From Chiloscyllium plagiosum (lineage: Eukaryota), in contig NC_057719.1 in NCBI RefSeq assembly GCF_004010195.1, positions 86,639,648 to 86,703,445 on the forward strand: DNA of 63,798 nucleotides, read 5' to 3'. Under the pieces are notes generated by a model, which searched no databases, was not told the DNA's origin, and was given only the letters and a program-made list of their open reading frames with translations. The position numbers and the translations under genes were made by a program. The first letter of the stretch is position 1. Each line of letters begins with the position of its first letter. Below are positions 26,201 through 39,339 of this stretch, piece after piece.

Positions 26201-26305
26201 CTGTTCAGATGAGTTACAAAGGGTGGAAATCTTATCCAAGGCAAGGCTAACTCCTACAGCAGAGGGAAGTGGCCCTACAACTTGCGGTCTCTGGAATTCG
26301 AGGAT
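26201..26305 (-). CDS. EIF2AK4: GCN2 exon, HisRS-like motif 3 region
   Basis: ILEFQRPQVVGPLPSAVGVSLALDKISTLCNSSEQ; TAG acceptor, GTGAG donor. Confidence 0.94.
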
Positions 26306-26874
26306 CTAAGGAAGAGGAAAAACAAACTCAATAGTTCTTATTTCTTGAGAAGAAAAATTAGATTTACAAACCATTTTGCATAACTCTGCAAAAGCCAAAA
26401 GGGATGAATGCAGTGCTTGAACTAATTCCCAAAGTCTGGGATTGCTCTATGACTGATTTCTGACCTGATTTCTGCTGGTGATCTCAGCAAGGTAAAGCTG
26501 TTGCTACCGCTTCCATTACAAATGATCTCAGTGCTGTCGACAAAAAAGAAGGGAGTGGGGAACTGAGGAACCATAAACCTTCCAGAGTTCCTGCTCCAGT
26601 CGTCCTTGCTTGAAACTGGATGTGTGGGGATCACTAAACAAGGTCAAGATTAAGCCCAGTAATGATATCACTCATTGTTGAAGGTGATGTTTGCGTTCTT
26701 AACCATAAATAATGGGAGGTTAGGTGATGTACAAAACAAACGCCTACTCCATGTCCATGACAAATCAAGAGGCGAGATGGGGGAAACGAAGAAAAAAAGA
26801 ACTGTGGATGCTAGAAATCAGAAAAATAAAACAACTTCTGGAAAAATTCAGCAGGTCTGGCAACTTCTGTGTAG

Positions 26875-27020
26875 AGTCGAGAGTGGGGTGCTGGAAAAGC
26901 ACAGCAGGTCAGGCAGCATCCGAGAAGCAGGAAAAATCAATGTTTCAGGCAAAAGCCCTTCATCAGTCTTGGATACTGCCTGACCAGCTGTGCTTTTCCA
27001 GCACCACACTCTCAACTCTG
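26875..27020. mobile_element. Penelope-type (family A) inverted-arm element
   Basis: gtgctggaaaagcacagcaggtcaggcagcatcc and its reverse complement; decayed hammerhead core on -. Confidence 0.75.
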
Positions 27021-27414
27021 ATTCTCACAAAATTTCCCACTGAGACAATCAATAACAGTTATCACAGAGAACAGAAAGCAAGTCGATTTGCTCATCCAGT
27101 ACCCATAATCAACGATGTGGTTCCTACATGGGACCCTATTAAGATAATTCAATAAATCAGACAAATTGAGAATAACGGCATTTCATCATAATGGTCATGT
27201 AGCACCTCAATCACATAGATTTTTAATCAGAGACAAAATATATAAAATATTGGTCTTTATCTCAAAGGATGATGTTTCACATGTGCAGGTATGTTCTTCA
27301 GAGACAATTCAGTACCAAATCATCCAGCAATAGGGAGAATAACCCTGCAACCAATGACACTATGACAATGACTTAGATAGTGTGAGCTCTGCATAACAAT
27401 ACATTTAGATTTAA

Positions 27415-27704
27415 ATTAGATTAGATTCCCTACAGTGTGGAAACAGGCCATTTGACCCAACAAGTCCACACCGACCCTCCAAAGAGTAATGCACCCAGAT
27501 CCATTTCCCTCTGACTAATGCTCCTAACACAAAGGGCAATTTAGCATGGCCAATTCATGGACTATGGGAGGAACTCAAAGGAAATCCACGCAGACACAGG
27601 GAGAATATGCAAACTCCACACAGACAGTCACCCAAGATCGGAATTGAACCTGGGTCCCTGGTGCTGTAAGGCAGCAGTGCTAACCATTGAGCCATCGTGC
27701 CACC
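27415..27704 (-). mobile_element. HE1-like SINE
   Basis: (AGATT)n tail at left, tRNA-like head at right. Confidence 0.85.
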
Positions 27705-28646
27705 ACTGTGGAGGAGTGACATGGACTTGAAGATGAGTTAAACTGGATGGGAGGGAAGTGTCAACTTTCACCTCATCTGCTCTTATGCAAGACTGCATAT
27801 TGCTACCAGAGGACAACAACATCACACAAGAGAAAATGTCGGAGAAGTTGGTGAAGTGTGGATACGCGCCACACAAAACAGATTCAACCCACAGTCCACA
27901 TCAAAGTTGCCTAGCTCCACTGTGACTGCATCAGAGATACTGAAATGAACCACATTGCCTCAAGGCTAAAAGAAGAAAATAATAATCAAGAAAGCACTGA
28001 TGGAAATTTAAACGATGTGAACTGCAGCTCAAACCAGTGAACGCCAATCATGATGACTTGCAAGCTCCAATAAACAAACAACTCTCATTGTTTAGCATAA
28101 CACATGAAAAATGTGTTGTGATATACCCAAGTAAAGGATATGTTAAAAGAGGAGAGTATATTGTGTGTATGTAACTATACATACATGGAACAATACAGTG
28201 CAGAACAGGCCCTTCGGCCCTCGATGTTGTGCCGACCTGTGAACTATTCTCAGCTCGTCCCTCTACACTATCCTAAAATCATCCATATGATTATCTAAGG
28301 ATTGTTTAAATCTCCCTAATGTGGCTCCAGCAAGGAGAACAAAAATATTTCATGAACTGCACTAGTGTGGACACTGAACCATTTGTAAGGTGCAATGTTA
28401 TAGCAATTAATTTATTCTGATCCCTGATCAGAATGTAAACGGCGGCAATTCTACCTAAAGCATTACAGCTTTGTTGAAGGAGGTATCAGTCACTAACTGA
28501 AGTCAACATTTGTTAGTAAACGAAAGAAATTCACTTGCTCGTTTTAACACTACAGTCAAGAATGTGTGACTGGACGCATCTGGACGAACAGAATCTTATA
28601 CAGGGGATCAGTGCTACCCAGGAAAGGCAGGACCAAAAGAACTCAC

Positions 28647-28781
28647 CAGATTGTCGTACCTCCCTCCAGCTGCCAAGATATCAGGCACAATGTGGTGTCG
28701 CCGCTTCACGAGTGCTACAAACTGAAAAATTACCCCACTGTGCTGCTGTACCTTGTAGACAAGGCCCAGGTTCACGACTAC
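28647..28781 (-). CDS. EIF2AK4: GCN2 exon, HisRS-like domain
   Basis: VVVNLGLVYKVQQHSGVIFQFVALVKRRHHIVPDILAAGGRYDNL, with the HisRS-type GGRYD motif; TAG acceptor, GTGAG donor. Confidence 0.97.
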
Positions 28782-29938
28782 CTATTAAACAAGGAAGGCT
28801 CATATCAACATCTGTTAGAGCAAGGTCTTCAAGCTTCTTGTACCCTTGCAATGAAGCTCAATCCAAGCTCAAAGAACAGAACTTCATTTTTTTGATCAAG
28901 CATTTTATTGCATTATGGGTCTAACACTGAGTTCAACAATCTCACATCCTAGTCTCTGCACTTTGTTTCTTTTCAAATGATACCTGCCGGTAATGATTCT
29001 GCTTTTCACATTTACACCTCCTCCAGCCATACCTTTGCTTTTGCACTTGTTCCATTATTGTCTCTTCTTACTTTGAATGATCCTCTCTGCTGCCTCCCAC
29101 CTGATCACAAACTTTCCCTTTTCCTCCATCCAGCCCTCCCCTTGCTTTAAAACTGTTATATCTCCAAGTACTGAGTTCAGATAAAGGACCGGCAAACTGG
29201 AAATGTTGACTGCTTCTCACTGGACCTTTCCCGCCAAAGCTGCTAAGTATTCCTGTTCGTTTTTACAAGCTGAAAGTCTGTTTGTTGAGAGTCCCAGGAT
29301 ATACAAATCCATCTCACATACCACCAGTCAACTTCCTTATCGCGCACCTCTTTTGGCTGAGTTACACCCTTTTCACCAATTTTAACCCCTCTAAATTTAA
29401 AGTCAATGCTAGGGTGTGGTTCTATTTGCTGCATGTGCTGTTCAGCACCATTTTTTGTAAGGACAAGGAATCAAGGTGCTGGTTGCACAGTGCTTAAGAT
29501 GCCTAACTCTGGATCAGGAGGTCCAGGTTAAAGTCCCACCTGCTCCAAAGGAGTGTCATAACCTTTAAAATGGTTTTATTAATTTTATTCAGCAAGTGTG
29601 TGAACAGGGAATCAGCAGGTCACTTCGATTTTGGAGGAAGTGGAGTCCACAGTCCTGAGTCGTATAGAGTGGCAACGAAGAGGAGAAACACTAGCAGGTG
29701 GCATCCCTGCCAGGGTGGAGGAGATCAGTGAGGACTAGTATTGTTTGCCGATTAAAAGTAAACTGACACCACTGAACCTGGTGAAAATGGTATTACACAC
29801 CTCTAGAGCAAGTGGCACTTGAGGCTCAGCCTCCTACCACTCCAGCTATATGGTTCAACCTCAGTACATTAACAAGTTGAGTTATAAAGTGAAATCCTTG
29901 GTCTCTGTTTCAAATCACTCATTAGAATTATGACCAAC

Positions 29939-30109
29939 CTTCAGTTTGACATCAAGTTTCTTTAGGAGTTCCATAACTTCCTCAAGCTCCTTTAATGCCT
30001 GCTTTACCAGCTGGCTAACAGCCATCTTCCCCTTCATCAGAGGCTTCAGCACATCTCTCAGTTCTTTCAGATCCAGCTTATTCTCAGTATACTTATATAA
30101 ATGCAAGAG
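29939..30109 (-). CDS. EIF2AK4: GCN2 exon
   Basis: LLHLYKYTENKLDLKELRDVLKPLMKGKMAVSQLVKQALKELEEVMELLKKLDVKLK; CAG acceptor, GTTGG donor. Confidence 0.94.
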
Positions 30110-30399
30110 CTGAATGAGAGAAAGTAGCACTGTAAAAACAGAAATTTTCTTTCCTGCCAAGCCCTTCATCACCAATGCACAAAGTAACAAATGCATTTAA
30201 AGCTAAATAACCACTGGGGAAATGGAATAGAAATATATTGATAGGCGCAATAAAGAAAATGAGAGGGACTTCACATGGAGTGTTAACACACCCACAGACC
30301 AGTTGGAACTAATGAGTTACAAATCTGCTGTACATTCAAGAAATTCTATGGACTGAGGCGGATGTAATTATGTGGAAAACAAGCAACCGCTCAACTTAC

Positions 30400-30465
30400 A
30401 TTGTTTGGTGACAGTGACAGATTGCAGAACTTGGCTTCTACCTCTTGCTTGGTCAGTTTCCCCAT
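30400..30465 (-). CDS. EIF2AK4: GCN2 exon
   Basis: MGKLTKQEVEAKFCNLSLSPNN; CAG acceptor, GTAAGT donor. Confidence 0.95.
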
Positions 30466-31765
30466 CTGGCATGGAAAAGAGAGATTGACATGTATCAAAG
30501 GAGATGGAAAGAAATCAGTAGATCTAGCAAGGTACCAAACTTAAATATTTAAAGGAGGTTGATTAAAAGCAGATTTTAAGGAAGTCACATGCAGCACTGT
30601 GATATTCATGAATGTTGATCAGAAGATCCATCTCCTGGACAATTCCAGGTTATCAATCGTGAGGCAAGTTCCTCAAAGCACAACTCTCATTAGAGAAATG
30701 GAACAGAACAGACAGCTGTGAGGGCTTTGGTAACATGGATGGATGAATCTGGAGACCTAAAAGAGTACAAGTCCTAAGAACTGCCCAGACACACTATATT
30801 TAGTAGTGGCCAGTACTTTCAACCACCAGGATAGCACCAGTTCAGACCTTCAACGTTTAAAGACATCGTTTCAGTTACACTTTACAATATCCTTTTTGTT
30901 TGAAGAACAAACCAATAATAGTGGAGCAAAATGTTCACCAGGTTAGAAATTGCTTTTCCGGAGATCCAAGATGGCGGCGACTCAGCAAGTCTGAGTCTAT
31001 AGTGCTCCTCCCAAGACCTAGGCACCTTCCTCCACCACACTCACCAAATCAATTAAAAATAGTTTTTAATTAATGTAATTAGTGGTTTAGTACTAAATTT
31101 ATACAGTTCAGTCGCCTGTAAAAATGACCAGGGGGAAAGGAGCCCGCAGTTCTCAGCGGGCAGGAGCCCCTCCCCCACCCTCCCCAGCTGCAGCAGAGGC
31201 ATCCGCAGCCGCCCCGGGGGACTTACCTACGGTGGCAAGCCTCACGGAAATAATCTCCAAACTCGATGCGAAGATCGATGCTTTCATAGAAGAGTCCCGA
31301 AGTCGGTGAAATTCATTCTCGGCTGCGCTACAAAAGCACAGCCGAGACAATGAAGAAATTGAATGCCGAGTTGGAGGGGCGGAGCTAAAGGCCGCGACCT
31401 CCGAGGCCATTGCAGAATCGGCCGTGGATCAGGTCCGGACTCTCGAGCAGCAAGTCCAGGCCTTAGAGAATCACATTGATGACCTCGATTCTTGAGGTCG
31501 TCGAAAAAATATTAGTTTGCTGGGCCTTCCCGAACGGGAAGAAGGAGGCCAGCTTACAAGGTTCCTTGAACAGTGGCTTCCGCAGTTATTGAATCTGGAG
31601 GCTGGATCAGGCCAGGCAAGGGTAGAATAGGCCTACCGGGTTGCAATACGTGGGCCCAGCTTGAACCAGCGCCCCCGCCCGGTCCTGTTCCGGCTGCAGA
31701 GATATAAGGAGAGGCAGATGCTCTTGGAAGCCTCCAGAAATCTTGGGAAAGATCCCCAAGCCATG

Positions 31766-32345
31766 TGTGGGATATAAATGAATTAATGTTATTTCTGCAA
31801 GTATAAATTCTGATACAGAATGGGAATGAGAAAATACATATTCAGCGAAAAGAAAGCATGAGACGTGAATACAGAACAATGGTGGATATAAGGGCAAACA
31901 GGAAAGCATCTGTTTCCCCCTTACACGGGGACACAGGAACAAACCCTAATCAAAGAGGTCAAAGTGGCCTCTGGATGGAAATAGATGCTGATAGAAGAAA
32001 AGATATGCCTAATCAATAACCTACGGTAGACTGACGTCAAACACCCTTATGGGAGTCAGAGATAAGAGTTTGTCACGGACAAAACAGGATAAACAGAAGT
32101 TGTGGGATCAGTCTTAAGGAAATGAGTGACGTAAGCGAAGCAGGGAACAAACAATGGAATAAGGAAAAATATGGGGATTCAAACTGTATAAATTTCGAGA
32201 GTTTGTTGGATTTAGTGTGCATTTTCTCATTACCTTACCTGGTATTGAGACAGGGCACCCATCTATAGGTGTAAAAATAAATGGCGGATTCAGATATTTG
32301 CCTCGGACTGAAATTACTAAAGTGAGTGAGCTTTTGTTTCTCACA
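31766..32345 (+). mobile_element. Probable solo LTR nested in the L1-like element
   Basis: TGTGGGATA...TTTCTCACA imperfect inverted termini; TATAAA near 32187 and AATAAA near 32276; flanks CCATG and ACATG. Confidence 0.6.
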
Positions 32346-32396
32346 ACATGCAAATTCTCCTCCAAGCCTCATAATACCTTGACTTGGAATTATTTT

Positions 32397-32515
32397 TACG
32401 CAGACACGGGGAGAACGTGCAAACTCCACACAGTCAGTTGCCTGAGTCGGGAATTGAACCCTGGTCTCTGGCGCTGTGAGGCAGCAGTGCTAACCACTGT
32501 GCCACCGTGCCGCCC
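32397..32515 (-). mobile_element. HE1-like SINE head
   Basis: Reverse complement reads gggcggcacggtggcacagtggttagcactgctgcctcacagcgccagagacc.gggttcaattcc. Confidence 0.88.
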
Positions 32516-34564
32516 ACCGTGTTGTTTTGCCCTACCCCCACCCTAGTTTACCCCCCTTTTTTTTCCTTTCATTATCTTACTGTTTAATATTATCTCTGGG
32601 GGGTGGAAAGAAGGGTTTTTTTATTCTTCCTTTACTTAGCGATTTCCTTTCCCCCTTTTTTTTAATATATATACACACACACACAGGCCAGGGGTTCTAG
32701 TTAAAGTAGATGGGGGAAGGTGGCTACCTTATCTTATTTTATCTTTGTCCTTGGGAGCGGGGTTGTTTTCCTCTGTTATTTTGTATTAATATATTTAATT
32801 ATTATTTGCTGAGACTATAATTTTATAGTCCTATATGTTCATATATGGTATTACATTACCAAATATATCCAGGTGTTGGTGTGGGTGGGGGGGCGGATAG
32901 GGTACTCACTGTTAGTTCTAGTTCAGTAGTATACTTGAATTTTCTTTATCATATCTTGGGGTGCCTGGGTCAAGGGTGGGGCACTGGTTGGGAGAGGTTA
33001 TGATGGGTTTTTTTGGAAGGAAGTGATGCCCCCTGGGAATAAGGGGGAAGATCTCCATTTAAATATGTTTTATACTTTTTTTTACTATTTAGAAATAGTT
33101 TTTTTTATTATATTGATCTGAATGTACTAAAGAGCTTTTATTTTTGTGAATTTTATATGCTCTATGCTCGGGATGTTTTGGATAAATACGGGTTTTGTTG
33201 TGATCTGATGTTAACACATTCCGAGCATGTATATCACTGCTCAATTTATGTGTTATCCGTTGATTTTTTTCTCTCTTGAATAATGTAAGAATTTTAATGA
33301 TATACTCTGGTTAGTTGTAAGTTAGACGAGTAGTTAGTTGAGTTTTGTCCCTTTTTTTCCTCTTGGTATTTCTGTTTTCTTGTTTGATAGATTTTGGTTA
33401 TCATTTATTTAAGATTTAACTGTATATCAATGTTTATACTTGGGTCTTTTTTTTAGTTTTCTTTTGTAAACTTGTTAAAACATGTCAAAATTTTCAATAA
33501 AAATATCTTAAAAAAAGAAATTGCTTTTCCACAATCGATTTACAGCTCAGGCTGTTCAAATAAAAATGTTTTCTGAGGGCTATAAAATTCCTACCATGAA
33601 CTTACAGGCTCAGTCAGATGCTAGTCAATATGAACTCAAACAAAAAAGGAGCCTTTATTCAGCAAATCACATTCAATAGAGTCACAGACTGGTCACCACA
33701 GTAAGGATAACATGTCACAGTAAACCAGAAATAAGGGTGGCTTTGAAACATGCAGATGCAACTAAGTAAAGGGAGCTTTACTCAATATTTAAGTTGCCTC
33801 TATATGAAACCAGAACCGCACGTTCAATACAGACTGAGTTTCATTACTTTTTAATCCTCTATTCTAGAAATAAAACTTGATGCTTCGCTTGCTTTTTTCA
33901 AAGATTTTCTTGCTGATGTATGGCACTAATGTCTTTATACAATAAGGTCCTTTTGCTTTTCTTCCCCTACTAGTCTCGTACCTTCCAAGGTAAAAGGTAA
34001 TATTCTTACCATCAAAGTATTTTTAATGGAAATGCTAAACGGTTTTTGTTCAAGTACTTATTCTTATGGAATAACACTTCCCACCCTTTATTTTCTGCTT
34101 TCTGTCTTGAAGCTAGCTGTCAATTCAGTCTGCCATATACCTCAACCAACGCTCTTTGGCCTTATTCCTTAGTCTATAATGGGGCATTATAGAGTAGCTG
34201 CACTTACGTGGAGTAACCAGATTCCCAGACTCTTCATGGAAGCCCAGCGCAGACTCCCGGGATTGAGGTGAAGCCCAGTGTGGACTCCCTGCTTTAGTAA
34301 GACTGCAACGCTGAACTTTTGCCTTTACTTCTTCTATGTTTCTAATTTATACCTAAGATTTTATATCTATCTTTACAAGGAATGTAATACTGCTCTTTTT
34401 TTTTTAAACTTTATTTTTTCATTTTTCTAATTTATACGTACCTAACTTTTATTACCTAGGTATCTCTGTACATAAAATGATGCCAGAAATGGGAACTTTG
34501 CTCCCTTTTTGCTCTATTTACGTATCCCTATACTTGAGTACATGTGACAATAAACATAATTCAT

Positions 34565-35404
34565 TAATGACCTTCACTGCATAATAAGGATGATGATTGC
34601 ACAATGCTCAGCACTGTTTGCAACTCCTCAGAAACTGAAACAGTCCAAGTTTCACAAGATCTGGACAATATCCAGGGTTGGGGTGACAAGTGGCAGGCAA
34701 TGACAAGCTCCAAGAAGAGACAATCCAACCAAACTCTTGACATTCAACGACATGACCACCATTGAAATCGCCCACTAATCAACATGCTGGGGAACATCAT
34801 AGACCGGAAAATTCACCCGACCTGTGATATTAATAAAGTGGCTATAATAGCAAGTCAGAGGCTAGGAATACTGCAGCGAATAACTCACTTCCTGACTTCC
34901 CAAAGCCTATCCACCATCTGCAAGGCACAAGACAGGGGTGTGATAGAGTACCTCCTACTTGCCTGAATAAATGCAACTTCAACAACAGTCAAGACCTTTA
35001 GTACCATTCTCGACAAAGTTGCCCACTCAATTAGCACTACATCCACACAAATCCACTCTTTCCACCACCAATATTCAGTAACAGTGGTGTGCACCATATA
35101 AAAGATACACAGAAATTCAAAGTTCCTCAGACAGCACATTCCAAAACCAAGACCACTTCCAACTAGAAAGACAAGGGCAGCAGAAACATGGAACACCACC
35201 ACTTGCACGTTCCCCTCCAAGCCATCAGCTTGACTTGGAAATAAAGCGCCATTCCTTTAAGTGTTGTTTGGTCAAATTCTGGAATTTTCTCCCTGATGGC
35301 TCTGTGCGTCTACCTGCCGCATATGGACTGCAGCCATTCAAGAAGACAGCTCACCACCACCTTCTCAAGAGCAATTAGGGATGGCCAGTCAGTGTTGGCC
35401 AGCC
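34565..35404 (+). mobile_element. Degraded LINE (L2/CR1 group) RT C-terminus and 3' UTR
   Basis: QDLDNI..W..KWQ and ASQRLGIL.R....LT.QSLSTI.KAQ.R...EY remnants; related pieces at about 15905-16530 (-) and 45930-46200. Confidence 0.65.
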
Positions 35405-35419
35405 AGCAAAGCCAATGAG

Positions 35420-35566
35420 TCAAGATTAGAGTGGTGCTGGAAAAGCACAGCAGGTCAGGCAGCATCCAAGGAGCAGGAAAAGTGACATTTCGGGCAAGAG
35501 CCCATCATCAGGAATGACTCTAATCTTGACTCTAATCTCTAGCATCTGCAGTATCCACCTTCGCCT
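35420..35566. mobile_element. Penelope-type (family A) insertion
   Basis: TSD AGCAAAGCC(A/T)ATGAG at 35405-35419 and 35567-35581; hammerhead-like core on - at 35484-35511. Confidence 0.8.
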
Positions 35567-36189
35567 AGCAAAGCCTATGAGCCATGAGTGAATTTAAAAA
35601 ATTAATCAGTGACTATTTATAACTATACAAAGTGATTTAACCATTTCAGCTGTAAATTCAATGCTGTGTTCATTCTTGTCTGGTACTAATTTTAACAACT
35701 GCCCTGGTTTATAGAAAATATAAACTTAAAACACACTAAACGATCACATATCTGCCTACCTAACAAAAGCCTCTAGATCTCCACTCTCAGGTCTCATGTT
35801 CCTTCTCTTGTTCTATAAAAAGAACAGATCATCATTTCTTTGTTTCATATTGCCAACTTTTCTCACTCCCCAAATTCCCTAAGGAAATAATACTTACTTA
35901 ATCTAATAAGAAGTTAAGTATTATGACCAACATTATGTTATTGAGCTGAACTTCAGGTTACTAACTTCCTATCCATTTTCTTGATGAATACAAAGTTCAC
36001 ATGAGAAGAAAGAGAAACCAAAAACAGTTAATTTACCTGGACATCTTTTCGTTGCACATACTGCGGAGGTTGCTAGAAACTCTCATGGTTAAAACACAAA
36101 GCATGCAGAACAGAACAATTTTGGTTGGCATCCTTCTCATTTTGCTGCTTCAACAACAGCTGCAACTTGAGCAGCCCCACAGAACTCAC

Positions 36190-36306
36190 CATAGAATCAC
36201 ACAGGATGTTACACACTGGCTGGAGTTTGTCTTCTGGTATCCCACAATGCAACAGCACTGCTTTCAACAGACTGGTATGGTTCAGATAGATGCTGTAATT
36301 GAGTTC
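36190..36306 (-). CDS. EIF2AK4: GCN2 exon
   Basis: ELNYSIYLNHTSLLKAVLLHCGIPEDKLQPVCNILCDSM; TAG acceptor, GTGAG donor. Confidence 0.96.
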
Positions 36307-37373
36307 CTAGAAAACAAGTGCGTGCAATAATCACTCAAGGGCTGCATGGCCAAAATTAGAATTGTAAACATTAGTACAACCTTCTGATTTTAAAAAGAAG
36401 AAAGAAAACTGTTGGAAACATGCCCCCAATTTAAAGTGTTTCATACTCTTACATTGGAAAAGCAAGTTGTCACAGAGTGTTATCATTTCTAAGTGGATAT
36501 CTCAAGTCAAAAACAGTTCTCAACCCTTGTAACAGCACTAATCCTGACTATGGCAAAGCATTGACCCAGCCGCTCCTTGTTTTCTGTCCTTTTCATGAGC
36601 AATGACTGATTGGCTGTAAATGGGAGCACTACAAGAGCAGTGACAGTGTCCAGCGGCCACTTCTTCCTGATCTAGCCAAGATTATTTCAGTTCTAATCCT
36701 ATACACCCACATTATGGAGCACCAAGTTATCAAAGAATTAGTGTTGTTTAATTATTCATTATCTATTAAAAGCTCAAGATCAAACCAGCTTCTCAGTTGC
36801 TAATTTTATATAGAGGAAATTAGTCTCCAGCATCTGCAGTCCTCACTTTCTCCTAGTCCCTGCCTTTGCCATATTAAAAACCTAAGGCATACTCTATACT
36901 AAAGACCACCCATTTCAGAACAGCTGCACATTAGAGAGATCAGGATTGGTTAGGCATCTTCTATACTCAAACAAGCGGAACTGGGAAGATAATGAAAAAG
37001 AGTTACGTTGCACTAATACTGTGCTATTCACATTACTATGTACCAAACAGGCAATGAAGTTGTGGGAAAATACAGTAGGAAAGTGTACATAGCAATATCC
37101 CAAAAACAGCAAGGAAGAGAAATAATCAATTTTGTTTTTTTGTTTAGGAAGTAAATAAGGTTGATGTTAGAAATCGCTGTTTTCATTCCAGTCAGCAAAA
37201 TTGCTAATTTATCACAAATTTGGGCAACTAAGGTGTAAGGATACACCCAACCATGTCATGAATAATGTCCTAACATTTAGATGAGACTGTAAGGTGCAAA
37301 ATATTCACTCCTAAAGACAAATATAAACTGTATTGGATGAAATGAGTTAACAACAAATGGACTAATTTCCCAC

Positions 37374-37542
37374 CTGAAGTACAGGAAATTCCTGAATAAT
37401 TTCGAAAACCGTGTAGATCACCTCTGCATCTGGCAGTAGGTTGTTTGTGATTGGTGTGACAATGTCAAACGCACATTCCAAGAGTTCTCTAGGATGACTG
37501 CGGTCTGGCTTTCGGGGTCTGAATACCCGTTCAATGCAGTAC
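37374..37542 (-). CDS. EIF2AK4: GCN2 exon, HisRS-like motif 2 (m2)
   Basis: (R)YCIERVFRPRKPDRSHPRELLECAFDIVTPITNNLLPDAEVIYTVFEIIQEFPVLQ; AAG acceptor, GTGGG donor. Confidence 0.96.
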
Positions 37543-39289
37543 CTTGTGACCAAAGAAAAGACCAACTTGGATCAAAAACAACTTATATTTTTAATGCAGG
37601 TTTAATGAAATAAAATGTCCTGAGGTGTTTCACATTGACCTATAAAAGTAAGTGATGCCAAGTCACATCAGACAGAAGACTAAGAGCTTAGCAAAGGTTT
37701 AATAGGAGCTTTAAAAGGAGAAAAAGGTAGAGAGATAGAATGTCTAAGGAGGGCCAAGGCAACTGAAGCCATAGGTTGCTGTAGCGCAGTGATGAATAGT
37801 AGGGATGCTGGAACAGCTGGAATTAGGCAAATACTGATATCCTGAAGGGATTAAGTGTTGCAGATGGAGACAAAGACATGGAGTGTTTAGGAATCAAGGG
37901 TAATAATTATAAATATTGCGCTAGTACTTGTTAGGAGTACAATCATGATAGACAAGCTTTTGTAATAGCAGATGCAACAAAGATTTTTGATGATTCCCAA
38001 GTTAACAAAAGGTAGAAAGAGGGAAGCTGGAGGCAACAAAACTACTAAAAAGGATTTAAGTGGACAACAACTGAAGATGGGACAAAATCAAGTGATACTA
38101 CGGAAGTGGAAAGAAGTTGTCATTGTGAGAGTGTAGGTTGTAACCCAAGACCCTAGTTGGTTAGTTGATGTCATGGATTAATAATGCAGTAATCCTTTGA
38201 GTTTGCGGTGTTCTTATGGGAACCAGGAAAACAGGATGGGTATTAAATTACACTTGAGAAATAGAGTCAAGAGTGCTGGACTCATGTACAAGGAGAGATC
38301 AGCAACACCCATGAGGATAGAGAGGAGAGGAGATTTGGCTTGGTGGCCTAAGGAAAGGGAGGCAAACTGATCTCAAATCTTGATGACAAAGAATCTGCAA
38401 GGTCCTCGTAATTGTTATTTGGGTTTAAGGTGGTCAAGCAAGGTTTTTAACCAAAATAGAGTGTCATTCTATGAGTGTTAATATCAAAAATGACTATACC
38501 TCCTTCTAAGCTTCCCCATCATATATAAAACACAAGATACAAATGTTTAGTTACAAAATAAAGCTCTGCCAAGCATGCCATTCAGTGCTAGTGCTTAAAT
38601 ACAAAACAATCCCTGTACACTAAATACAATCAACCATACCCCAGCTCAGAAAAGGTGAAATAAAGTAAGGCTCCTCTCCACTGATCCATAAATTCTCCTG
38701 GCCAAATTTAGCTTATCTCTGGTACTTTATCCTATTAATTTGTCATACTTCAATCTCAGAACAGCATTCCACTGCACCAAAAGCTTCAGTTTCATGACAT
38801 AGCCATGGCCTCCAAGATTCCTAATTTAATACAACTTGTGTCAACCCAAAGTATTTACATTGTGAACCAGGATATATCAAACCAACCCAGCTGAATCGAG
38901 AAAATATTCAGAATGTGACAAGTGCCCACTCTTCCCTCACTGTGGCACCATAAGCCCCTGGCATCATGTGATATATCCTGTTAGAACACTGTCATGGAAT
39001 CAATATGTGGAAGTGTGGGGTTACTTCTCACTCAGATTACAGTGACTGCGCCTTACGTCAGGCTATAATCCAACGGCCAATTAGTGAGAGGAAAAGCCAG
39101 TTGGTCAGAAGTAGATACTTGGCCATTGCTCAGGACTTCAGTCCACAGCTACAGAGGCTAAGTGTATTACCACAACCTAGACCAGTCAGCTTAGCACAAA
39201 CTGTGAAACTAACAAAGCCTTCACATGTCAGGTGGATAATAGTCTTACGAACTGCGCCATAAAAGCAGCTAGTGGCCGTTTCTGCTCAC

Positions 39290-39339
39290 CTTTTTAAACT
39301 AGTGATGTTGTTTCTTGCCACAAATCGTGCAAATGGTAT
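39290..39339 (-). CDS. EIF2AK4: GCN2 exon
   Basis: IPFARFVARNNITSLK-R; TAG acceptor, GTGAG donor. Confidence 0.95.

Larger units (their letters stand above)
30960..33515 (+). mobile_element. L1-like element with 5' UTR, disrupted ORF1, no ORF2, poly(A) end and 15-bp TSD
   Basis: TSD AGAAATTGCTTTTCC at 30945-30959 and 33516-33530; 5' CAAGATGGCGG; ORF1 from ATG 31124 with LE..IDDL...RRKNI.LLGLPE and RPRPVLFRLQRYKER (L1 ORF1p RRM motifs); AATAAA and A-tail at the 3' end. Confidence 0.88.

Noticed and set aside
28535..28924. 129-aa and 109-aa + strand ORFs
   Set aside because: Antisense shadows of the GCN2 exon at 28647-28781; the ORFs at 11198, 36001 and 44396 are likewise shadows of exons.
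29170..29230. Possible third-family hammerhead remnant
   Set aside because: The core is too degenerate (no CUGANGA) to support a call.
32440..32515. tRNA-like sequence with A and B boxes (also at 7553, 42730, 45506 and 53709)
   Set aside because: These are SINE heads continuing into the SINE body, not tRNA genes.
37543..37545. AAG acceptors here and at 44801-44803
   Set aside because: Less common but canonical AG acceptors; frame and homology are intact.
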